Positions 54,401-60,434 of a stretch of DNA of 64,000 nucleotides are shown piece after piece; position 1 is the first letter of the stretch, and the number at the start of each line of letters is the position of its first letter. Under the pieces are notes generated by a model, which searched no databases, was not told where the DNA came from, and worked only from the letters and a program-made list of their open reading frames with translations. The stretch lies in the IMG/VR virus record IMGVR_UViG_3300044675_001501, positions 1 through 64,000 of that record; one strand, given 5' to 3'. Made by a program: the position numbers and the translations under genes. The stretch comes from a virus. Lineage: Duplodnaviria > Heunggongvirae > Uroviricota > Caudoviricetes.

Positions 54401-55813
54401 AATTAAAGCTGTCTTTGCGCCGACGCTTGCGCCACCGAAACTAGCGCCAGTACCAAATGCAGCTGGAGAATATCCAACTTGACCATCAACAACACTTGCT
54501 TCGCCCATAAAACGACCATTAGATGCCCAGCTGTATGGATCTCTAATTACAGGTGTGCTACCGATAACTGGGTTAATATTCGCGCCTTCCATGTGATACT
54601 CGACACGATCACCAGTATTAAATGTATGAGTAGATGTAGTAATTCTACCAGCATTAGCACCAGTTCCAAGAGTAACACCACCTGCAGTAAATGTAATAGA
54701 GTTTACGTTTGCTGTTGTGCTTCCACTAAAGAATGGGACAGCAACAGGAGCACTAACATAACCTGCGCCACCATTGACAATTCTTGCTGAAGAAATTGGA
54801 GCATTTAATGTAGTGTTGATATTGCTGTTGTCGAAATATAACGTACCCTTACCAACAAATCTGTATGGGGTTACTGATGTAATTCTGTAGTCTAATACAG
54901 ATTCACCAATAGAAGTTGATGTTGTTGTTTTCTCAGTTGTTATTGTATCATCAGAATTAAAGTTTTCAATAGGGATATCTTGACGATAGATAGCAACAGT
55001 ATTGAGGAAATAGAACGGTGTATTTAAAGAGAAACCGTGTGGGAATTTAGTTTTAACAATTAGATGTGATGGGTTTAAACCATTTGTTTCAATATCAGCA
55101 ACAGTAATCTGCGAACCAAAATAGAATGCGCCTGGAATAACTGCAGTATAAACAGTAGATAGTTCTAATGTTGTTTGTGGGGAGAATGTTAACTGATATG
55201 TAAACTGACTTGTGCTGATGACAGCAGTAACAATATAACCACCCTCGAATTGAGAGTTAGCCAAACCAGTAATTTCAAATGGGGAGCCAGCAGTTAATCC
55301 ATGACTTGGAGCTGTAACTAGAACAGTTGAGGAACCTTGTGTTGACTGAACAGATGTTACTGAGATTGCATTCGCACCGTTTCTTGAATAGAATGATGGT
55401 ACATTATTAACAAGTTTCAGAGTTTCCCATTTTGTGGTTTGTAAACCATATTCAAAGTCAGTATCGATAAGATTCTCTGGCTGAGAAATACGTATCTTAG
55501 AAACTGGATCGATGAATGGATCTTCAGGGCGAATTTCTGTTGATTCATTTTCAACTAGAACCTGAAGTGTATCGGTATTTAAAACATTAAGCGCAGCTAG
55601 AGACTGTCTAAAGACAAATTTAGTTTCATGTGTATCTAAATCGTATTCTCTAGTAAGAACACCAGATCCTTCATCCGCGAAGTTATAGATAATTCTGTTT
55701 GTAGTTACATCAGTAATAAGCAATAATCTTTGCAAGAGAATATTGCCATTGATGAAAATAGCATTATTATCTCTATCAATTCTATATCCTGTTGCTAATA
55801 GTTTCTTAGCCAT
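45419..55813 (-). CDS. giant virion structural protein, paralog B (3464 aa)
   Basis: An uninterrupted 10.4-kb ORF with at least 13 HG(F/Y/L)xxGD modules. Its N-terminal motif (DPVSKIRISQPENLIDTDFEYGLQTTKWE) and its C-terminal 782 aa are homologous to paralog A. Both proteins end in W(S/T)ESQA. Confidence 0.8.
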   Translation of the reverse strand: MAKKLLATGYRIDRDNNAIFINGNILLQRLLLITDVTTNRIIYNFADEGSGVLTREYDLDTHETKFVFRQSLAALNVLNTDTLQVLVENESTEIRPEDPFIDPVSKIRISQPENLIDTDFEYGLQTTKWETLKLVNNVPSFYSRNGANAISVTSVQSTQGSSTVLVTAPSHGLTAGSPFEITGLANSQFEGGYIVTAVISTSQFTYQLTFSPQTTLELSTVYTAVIPGAFYFGSQITVADIETNGLNPSHLIVKTKFPHGFSLNTPFYFLNTVAIYRQDIPIENFNSDDTITTEKTTTSTSIGESVLDYRITSVTPYRFVGKGTLYFDNSNINTTLNAPISSARIVNGGAGYVSAPVAVPFFSGSTTANVNSITFTAGGVTLGTGANAGRITTSTHTFNTGDRVEYHMEGANINPVIGSTPVIRDPYSWASNGRFMGEASVVDGQVGYSPAAFGTGASFGGASVGAKTALITCDPLSYYGKIEIGQELRLWSISATTTTAPTLLTPEGTRISSYEIQNNILTIVIEFPYNLSTGISFNATTAWYAASISSQTSIIRTDDHGFVTGDRVYYRRVVTASGTVNANSPALAVIGGLTDSTPYFVIRIDADNFRLAATYSDALRGNFIKFTNIGSGCFNNATGRFLPGNVFIASSLSLYVRNLSATTIQLHPTRNDALNNTNVITYTSGGVGTAQRFSAAPAVFSTTVTGSSVSSISVVDAGWAYDRNSSISALAYQETRALDLSGFSGGTRASGSTNQLTFKATLYDKQIYPGMVVSGTGIPTNATVNTVGAPDVNNFVTVQISANINANITHGQKITFSDNPGTAANLQPNIRVSCFNVPSHGYALGDALWFYNPPGNTFPAALTASRNYFVYPIDDDNFALLATALPTVYSQTNSNARVVLNTGTILEGRKFVATRSFRFVSSAGSVMTLNASVSGVPYGLAAGDAFIVTNNTANGALANTTVTNATDATTNNTAHTIYFVRTVTNSGFDLTFSTGPANPLVTPGARTNGEVFITPIVLLAESDSIYIPNHGFLNNDYILYTATDTAIQSPSATSLAAAGSNGYLVEKVSDDRFKLKDRATGTLIDLRGFGTGSHTFTGVKYSATANTVYKPNHGFLANQTVIYDSAGAPIVDGLRNTFEYFVKAVNTDNFRVSTTTQELGITAVSKTANASTMTITFNTNHSLAVGDSIIIRDNPVPYMNGFWTVATVPATPVINASPSTITVNIPVFTNPAPAVTQNAATGVTYGIAYKYVDFANVTARRAIITPVPAGKTFTTLKAIDGLLDKKTPSANGGGIVTNHLVKSSSVLPFESKVSAVTGSNIRTARILFKPRDIQSAVRASNIVTITTEEAHGYNNSQTVMIQGLPTTSFNTSSPVTITTTGTNTFTFAQTGSDESATIDVDSIVVMALTSAQADLLSSVGHDANSGANNVAVAAGIVGAVSTTATVATATQITNVTKTLAANAGLINQYTLIVPDTLELKPGMPVVGAGINLDARIQRILSPTQIELTAPHTATTTAGSYTFFKIQAGQEVTQATPNLSTVAAATATANTNTFTVKSNTGLAVNMYVDGNRSTTTFAATAGEGNTFEVSSTANIYTENRVQTAAAVTSAVPFNSSAVFLATGAVAGTSGFSNIRGFKADSGNDVYTSTDGRPSAILSSIRLPQHPYLTGDPVRYFSNGGNDIGGLTNGNLYYIIKVNANYIQLASSLVNAQSNTAIPLTTYGSGSQQYIRGNIFWGNSFTGGGTLTEGHHVNATTAGFTAGLPQGSVVVSKRTVPDSPAAYRSVAFIVGYKDANNNLDETVFASDTYRVGSIGSTTGDEPVINTSIIRGGFGSVGNRIFCDSTTGLQVGMVPVLATNVAGSAGVLVTTPVATYVTSIAVDGKSFTVNQTPSTPLFGQRIIAGAGSVVVTLACTATSSVTNAITTSGNTANIEVNTPVVFTGTTFGTILTNTVYYVKQILSATTFTVSETISGGVAGTVKTLTTATGTMTLNSNMVYTSSTAGLVQGMAVEVTATGAITTGGISSAGALANNTRVAAIIDSNRFVLTDAPTTALSGARFIAGVSSGTGTNLTNDIYVPSATGFKVGQLLTLISTATGGQGAFATATNYATQTVIQSIVTTNPLKPTLITGTANATTGVITAGNTPATRLAGTVIAAGIGSSTPTTSIIRVPSTVGLNTGMTVAVTAGTGTLAATGLLITDIDPILNTFTVGASPTVALSNASITGTIAGAVIPGLYVSSPEANFPENVTVTAVSGTTVTISDIHGGVTAGQRVTFSPFPVGTYVTAFSGTAPNITVTLNQTHAGMFGGTFINFNRLPPRTFLGSIPPYAATNWALRLDFTTPLPVAYTAESRPLVFTGSNKNLGDNVAFKSYGTHVFTRASDADGVYVIEDIPDPTTFVVATSSNIPFNTKSFTNTEVNTTQDYIRIQNHKFRDGTSLIYRPGSATPIATAPYVDKDGVTQTALVSGQTYYAVVVDPNFVKLAPTFDEAVSPTPTTIDLTAGTNGSQSFDTYSIVGLTRGLGTVVVTEESDIITGIGTKFLTNFKGGDVLRFYTAANPGKIFNYIISSVKSDTSIKLRSPITPDAIVKVNLIIDRTVSAGAAVTTGSQTITVNNAADLAVGYYLFDSNGRFKANTRITAINGNILTISEYLNSSFAAGNAISIQPVFEYFINTNIYVKSNATTAHRPFDGGVTMTTGLVPDSSVVRQTRKYFRYQSGKGIQVSIAINFNPPTDCEELTSNENIAKIKVDSPHGFKPGTTNRIRVSEATVASGHNGYNGQFDILEVVDEYTFTYVYEDTPLFGTVTNGTNTIGSVWNLNGVAVGKTIKAGTYGGITIPANTIITDVNTNTKVLTLSNTVVGSSPTVGISSISRLNDTVTVVTSSSHGLVTGNYISISGTGVGANFNGFSAPVTVVDSTTFTYTQAGVNITENSGTVIKQIRLPIYRQNGSSVAYGFPKFNLVSWKDAAVRCGLFDTQNGMFFEYDGQQLYCVRRSSIQQISGRINATYRSSLITGEKTKFTTQLSVGEYVVIRGMSYKIIGIDSDTQMYIQPEYRGSTLTNIIGTKTIDTKVPQNQWTLDKADGNGRSGYVLDLNKIQMVYIDYSWYGAGKIRFGVKDQRGEVRYFHEFIHNNEFVEAYMRSGNIPARYEVVTFGEPTFSPQLFHWGTSVIMDGRFDDDKAYLFTADSNVITLTNGGTQIVASLASTNINRGDDFILVTNANSSKFIVGSSVSVQNDFNNFYLPANTLVKSVSIVAGTTNSRVILTQRFRNNITGVGASGQNFIVGGGTSNQSISALAPVPLVSIRLAPSVDNGLTGGLGFRDVINRMQLTLNSCGVLLTHESEIKLFLNSDLSDSNFVNNTAPSLSQIYRHSPGETIKNGIQLFSFRASGGSIISATTGQRSLVQTTAELGEVAQLGNSILGGDETFPNGPDILTITATPIDTSTINGSAPFQASARITWSESQA

Positions 55814-55835
55814 TTAGTTCCTCTGTTCCAAAAAG

Positions 55836-56063
55836 TTATGCTAGTGCAACTGCAAGCGCAATTTGTAATGATTGTGGGTTAACTGAATCCCATCCCGATC
55901 CATTGTATACTTCTAATTTTCTTACAGTTTCATTATAGCGAACCTGACCAGCTTCTGGGCTCCCAGTTCTTTGTGCTGTAGTTCCTCCTGGCATATCAAC
56001 AACATCGCCTTGTAGTTTGATGTTTGATTGCAGAGAACCTGATTTGATTTTACTGATCGCCAT
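55836..56063 (-). CDS. small fibre-motif protein (75 aa)
   Basis: Contains the P.GTTAQR.G.P..G..RYN.....LE.Y.G.GW motif and a hydrophobic C-terminal tail, LQIALAVALA. Confidence 0.5.
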   Translation of the reverse strand: MAISKIKSGSLQSNIKLQGDVVDMPGGTTAQRTGSPEAGQVRYNETVRKLEVYNGSGWDSVNPQSLQIALAVALA

Positions 56064-56083
56064 GTTTTCCCCTGAAGATAGTA

Positions 56084-59000
56084 TTATTTAGCGGACATAT
56101 AAGTGAAACTTAGATTCATAAACGCTGAATTTGTAAGAGAAGTGTGAGTTAGTGGAATCCATCTTCCTGTTAACAAGTTGGTATATCCAAGTCTTACGAT
56201 GTTTGAAGATTGTGGAATAACAGCCATTGCTGGTCCAAATTGTTCTGTTGATTCATCAAAGTTAAATCCAAAAGATTGCTGAGTAACACCATATGATTGA
56301 TACGGTAGACCAATAATAGTCAACTCACCAAGAGAAGTTCCAAATTGAATTAAACGAATTTGGATATTTACTGTAACAATTCTTCCAGTTTTAACATATT
56401 GACCAATATTATTTAGGTAGATTAACCCAACAGAATTTCCACCAATTCTTAATTGTGGAGTAAACGAACCAACTTCTTCATTTACGTTTCTACTTACTGT
56501 ACTAAAACCAAGATGTTGAATAGTAACTTTTTCCCCAGTAGATCTTGGTGTAACAAACTCGATAGAATCCGAGCTACCAAGAACAGCAACAGCTGTCGCT
56601 GCGACTAGAGGAACATCTCCAGACTGCGGTGTTACCACGACAGTTGGGGTATTTTCGTAACCTGAACCCTGATTCGTTACTGCTATACTTGCAACCCCAT
56701 ATCCCAGTCTTGCAGTAGCAGTTGCTCCGCTACCGCCACCACCAGAGAATGATACTGATGGAATGCTTGTGTAGGAAGATCCAGGACTAATAACTGTAAC
56801 AGCAACAACCGATCTAGCAAGTGTTACTGTTGCAGTTGCTGTTGTTGTATTAGTGTCGCCAACTTGTGGTGTAATTGTAACTTGAGTGCTTAAATTATAT
56901 CCAGAACCTGCGGTGTTAACTCCAATGCTTGCGATTCCATACCCAAGAACAGCAGTAGCAGCAGCGCCAGAACCATCACCAGTAAATGAAACTGTTGGGG
57001 CAGAAGTATATCCTGAACCTCCAGAAAGAACAGTTAGATTCTTAATAGAACCTGTTGATACTAGGTTTGCTGTAGCAGTTACGCCAGTTCCTGACCCACC
57101 TGAGAAAGAAATAGTAGGAGCAACAGTATATCCAGATCCACCAGCAGTAATTGTGATAGAAGCAACAGCAAAACCTAGTGTAGCAGTAGCTGCTGCACCA
57201 GATCCACTTCCAGTAAATGAAATCGTTGGCGCTGATGTATAACCAGAACCATTATTGGTAATTGTTAATGATGCTACCGCGAAACCTAGTGTAGCAGTAG
57301 CTGCTGCACCAGATCCACTTCCAGTAAATAAAATCGTTGGCGCTGATGTATAACCAGATCCACCAGCAGTAATTGTAATAGAAGCAACAGCAAAACCTAA
57401 AGTTGATGTAGCGACTGCGCTGGTTGTTGCTGCCTGAGCGCCAGTATCAGTAATAACAACTGTTGGCGCTGAAGTGTAACCTGAACCGCCAGCAGTAATA
57501 TTTAAACTAGCAATTGTGTAACCAAGAACTGCTGTAGCAGAAGCTCCATTACCGTCACCAGTAATTGTAATTGTTGGTGCTGAAGTATAACCAGTACCAT
57601 TATTTGAAAGCGTAATAGAAGCAACAGCATAGCCAATTACTGCAGATGCGGTAGCTGGGTTTGTAATTGTATCGCCTGGATCAGCAGTAATAACAACAGT
57701 TGCTGTGGTATAACCAGAACCAGCATTAGTGATGGTAATTCCTGTAATTGTTCCACCAGAAACTGTTGCAGTAGCAGTAGCGCCAGAACCATCTCCACCA
57801 AATGTAATTGTTGGAGCAACAGTATATCCAGCACCACCGTTAGTGATATTTACTTGTTTAATTCCACCTGTTGATGATAAGGTTGCAGTAGCAACTGCGC
57901 CAGAACCACCACCTCCAGAGAAAGAAACAGTAGGAGCATTTTGATAGTTAGACCCACCGTTGTTTAACGCAATTCTTTTTACGTTAGCAGTAGCAGATAA
58001 TGTTGCGGTAGCAGTAGCGCCAATACCAGAACCACCACTGAAAGAAATAGTAGGCGTAGCTTCGTAACCTGCTCCAACATTACTAAGAGTTAATGATTTA
58101 ATTACACCACTAGAAGCAAGAACAGCATCTGCTGTTGCGCCACTACCATTACCGCCAGTAAATGTTACAGCAGGTGCTTCTTCGTACAATGTCCCACCTG
58201 AAGTAACAGAAGCAGAAACAACGCTACCTGATGTTGCTAAAGTTGCAGTAGCAGCAGCATTGCTTCCATCACCAGTGAATGAAACTGTTGGTGCTGTTGT
58301 ATAACCAGAACCACCGTTGCTTAGTGTTAATGTTTTAAGAGCGCCAGCAGTAGCTAATGTTGATGTTGCTGTTGCTCCAGTTCCGTTGCCACCAGTAAGA
58401 GTAACAGTTGGCGCTGATGTGTAACCAGAACCACCACTGTCAACTGTTGCGGTGTTAACCGCAAATCCTAAAACTGCAACTGCGGCAGCGCCAGTTCCAC
58501 TACCACCTGTAAAGTCTACGGTAGGAGCGCTGCTATAACCAGAACCAGCATTATCTAATGTTAGAGATTTTAAAGAACCAGTTGTTGTTAGAGTTGCTGT
58601 TGCTGTTGCGCTTGATCCACCACCACCTGTAAAGGTAATAGATGGTGCTGAAGTGTAGTTTGCTCCTGGATTTGTTACAGCAACAGAAGCAATTTTACCA
58701 GTAGATGCTAGAGAAGCCTCAGCTACTGCGCCCTCACCAGCGCCACCTGAGAAAGAAACTGATGGTGGTGTTGTATAGTCATCTCCACCGTTATTTACCG
58801 TTACACCTTTAACAATACCAGTTGTTCCTAGTGTTGCTACTGCTGTTGCTCCAGAACCATCACCAGTGAAGGAAATTGATGGAGTCTGCTCGTAACCTGT
58901 TCCGTTATTTGTTATAGAAACAAGTTTTACAGATCCAGTAGTTGCTAGAGTAAAATCCTCAACAGGAGTTTGAACTTGACCATCAACCGAAACCAAAAGT

Positions 59001-59635
59001 GTGTTAATATAATTTTCTGGTTGTGACAGCGAGAAAGAAATTTGATTGTTTGTTGCGGTATGCTTATCAATAACAAAGTTTCTTAAATTCTCTGAAAGAG
59101 TTTCTGGTGTAACAGATCCAGCTGCAGGAACTAGATTATAAGTTGCTCCACCATTGTTTATTGCATAAATTACTGCACCAATATCTGGGATACTAGTAAA
59201 TTGCAAACCACAATCATATAGCTCTTGAATCTCTGTAACCAAACCAGAAGCAAGGAGAATAGCATTTTGTGATTCTACTCTAATGCTACTTGCTTGGAAA
59301 TCAGCAGAAGATGTTTGAAGAATATCAACATAACCACTGTTCTGAACGTAGTTGATAACAATACCAGAAGCAGCAGTTGCTGGTTGGTTGATTGTTCTGT
59401 TAATTTCAAAATCGTTAATCTGACCAGTCAGTCTCAAACGCTTTAATGTTACAACCTTGTACGCATCATCAGGTTGCTGTGGTACGTTCTCTACAAAAAC
59501 TGTTAGATTTCCTGGGTATCCACCTGGAACTGGAGTAGAAAGCAAAAATGTTCTCTGAACACCATCGCCCCTAAACTCATCTTTAGGTCTTGCGCCAGAA
59601 GAAACATCAGCTACTGTATTTCCGATATATGCCAT
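56084..59635 (-). CDS. repeat-rich fibre-like structural protein (1183 aa, about 20 tandem 37-aa repeats)
   Basis: It has an N-terminal MAY.G domain, a central array of GxGY(T/E)xxPxVxFxGGxGxGAxAxAxL repeats, and a distinct C-terminal domain of 163 aa. Confidence 0.75.
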   Translation of the reverse strand: MAYIGNTVADVSSGARPKDEFRGDGVQRTFLLSTPVPGGYPGNLTVFVENVPQQPDDAYKVVTLKRLRLTGQINDFEINRTINQPATAASGIVINYVQNSGYVDILQTSSADFQASSIRVESQNAILLASGLVTEIQELYDCGLQFTSIPDIGAVIYAINNGGATYNLVPAAGSVTPETLSENLRNFVIDKHTATNNQISFSLSQPENYINTLLVSVDGQVQTPVEDFTLATTGSVKLVSITNNGTGYEQTPSISFTGDGSGATAVATLGTTGIVKGVTVNNGGDDYTTPPSVSFSGGAGEGAVAEASLASTGKIASVAVTNPGANYTSAPSITFTGGGGSSATATATLTTTGSLKSLTLDNAGSGYSSAPTVDFTGGSGTGAAAVAVLGFAVNTATVDSGGSGYTSAPTVTLTGGNGTGATATSTLATAGALKTLTLSNGGSGYTTAPTVSFTGDGSNAAATATLATSGSVVSASVTSGGTLYEEAPAVTFTGGNGSGATADAVLASSGVIKSLTLSNVGAGYEATPTISFSGGSGIGATATATLSATANVKRIALNNGGSNYQNAPTVSFSGGGGSGAVATATLSSTGGIKQVNITNGGAGYTVAPTITFGGDGSGATATATVSGGTITGITITNAGSGYTTATVVITADPGDTITNPATASAVIGYAVASITLSNNGTGYTSAPTITITGDGNGASATAVLGYTIASLNITAGGSGYTSAPTVVITDTGAQAATTSAVATSTLGFAVASITITAGGSGYTSAPTILFTGSGSGAAATATLGFAVASLTITNNGSGYTSAPTISFTGSGSGAAATATLGFAVASITITAGGSGYTVAPTISFSGGSGTGVTATANLVSTGSIKNLTVLSGGSGYTSAPTVSFTGDGSGAAATAVLGYGIASIGVNTAGSGYNLSTQVTITPQVGDTNTTTATATVTLARSVVAVTVISPGSSYTSIPSVSFSGGGGSGATATARLGYGVASIAVTNQGSGYENTPTVVVTPQSGDVPLVAATAVAVLGSSDSIEFVTPRSTGEKVTIQHLGFSTVSRNVNEEVGSFTPQLRIGGNSVGLIYLNNIGQYVKTGRIVTVNIQIRLIQFGTSLGELTIIGLPYQSYGVTQQSFGFNFDESTEQFGPAMAVIPQSSNIVRLGYTNLLTGRWIPLTHTSLTNSAFMNLSFTYMSAK
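56580..58935 (-). repeat. tandem coding repeat array, about 20 units of about 111 bp (37 aa)
   Basis: The periodicity is seen directly in the translation. Some adjacent units are nearly identical at the DNA level, for example 57171-57247 versus 57282-57358 (77 bp with 1 mismatch). Confidence 0.85.
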
Positions 59636-59958
59636 TATACATCCTCTAGGATTGATGCGATCGCGTCGATAGAAGATGCTACACTAGATTTAATTTTTAA
59701 AGCATCCCCAGCTTGAAGAACGATCTTTTGCCCTGAAATAACTTGTAATGATCCGCCAACTGGAACTGGAGCAGCCTTAACAACATAATAATCCAAAGCA
59801 GATTTTGTGATATAAACATCACAAGTCACTGCGCCATTTGTTGTATTGCAAATGTCAAGTTCAATAATGATAGACTTTAACCCAGTAGGAACAGTGTAAA
59901 CTGTTTCAGCTGATGATCCTACATTTCTTCTTAGTTCGTTTTTAAATACGTTTGCCAT
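59635..59958 (-). CDS. small beta-rich structural-module protein (107 aa)
   Basis: The ORF is tightly coupled to the 1183-aa gene, sharing nucleotide 59635. No motif recognised. Confidence 0.45.
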   Translation of the reverse strand: MANVFKNELRRNVGSSAETVYTVPTGLKSIIIELDICNTTNGAVTCDVYITKSALDYYVVKAAPVPVGGSLQVISGQKIVLQAGDALKIKSSVASSIDAIASILEDV

Positions 59959-59964
59959 GTTTAA

Positions 59965-60183
59965 TTATCCTAGAGCAAGTGTGATTGCGATTGAAAACTG
60001 ACGACCAGAATTAACAGCAGCTACTAGATTATCTTGAGGGTCAAGAAGAGTGTTAAGATCACCGATCTTCACTTCTTGATTATTAGTTCTCTCAATCGTT
60101 TGATTTGTTTTTACACGCCACTGATCAAAATTGTCAGTTTGCGGAACAGTAGGGATTGGAGTAGACTGATATGGTAGAGCCAT
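59965..60183 (-). CDS. small protein (72 aa) with hydrophobic C-terminal tail
   Basis: It ends FSIAITLALG, which is similar to the C-terminus of ORF 55836-56063. Confidence 0.4.
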   Translation of the reverse strand: MALPYQSTPIPTVPQTDNFDQWRVKTNQTIERTNNQEVKIGDLNTLLDPQDNLVAAVNSGRQFSIAITLALG

Positions 60184-60434
60184 TATTCTTTCCTATCTAT
60201 TAGAATTTGTAACATTTGTTTGATACTATCAACATCATTCTTAAGATTATTTATTTCACAATTTAAAGAAGAAATTGAAGTAGACATAGCTTGTTTTTCT
60301 AACTCATTTCTTCTAGAGATAGACATCATTTTCTTATGTTCAAGATACCTTTTCGTATCAATGTTGACGACCGACCCAGTTCTTAAATCTTTAACTAGGT
60401 CGGGTCTTTTGTCAATCTTAGCAAGTTTTTCCAT
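60183..60434 (-). CDS. small coiled-coil protein (83 aa)
   Basis: Heptad-like charged and hydrophobic pattern (ELEKQAMSTSISSLNCEINNLKNDVDSIKQMLQILI). It is coupled to both neighbours. Confidence 0.4.
   Translation of the reverse strand: MEKLAKIDKRPDLVKDLRTGSVVNIDTKRYLEHKKMMSISRRNELEKQAMSTSISSLNCEINNLKNDVDSIKQMLQILIDRKE

Noticed and set aside
56580-58935. A regular 111-bp periodicity that could be mistaken for a CRISPR-like or satellite array.
   Set aside because: The repeats are in frame inside a single uninterrupted 1183-aa ORF and are conserved at the protein level rather than the DNA level. There is no repeat-spacer organisation.
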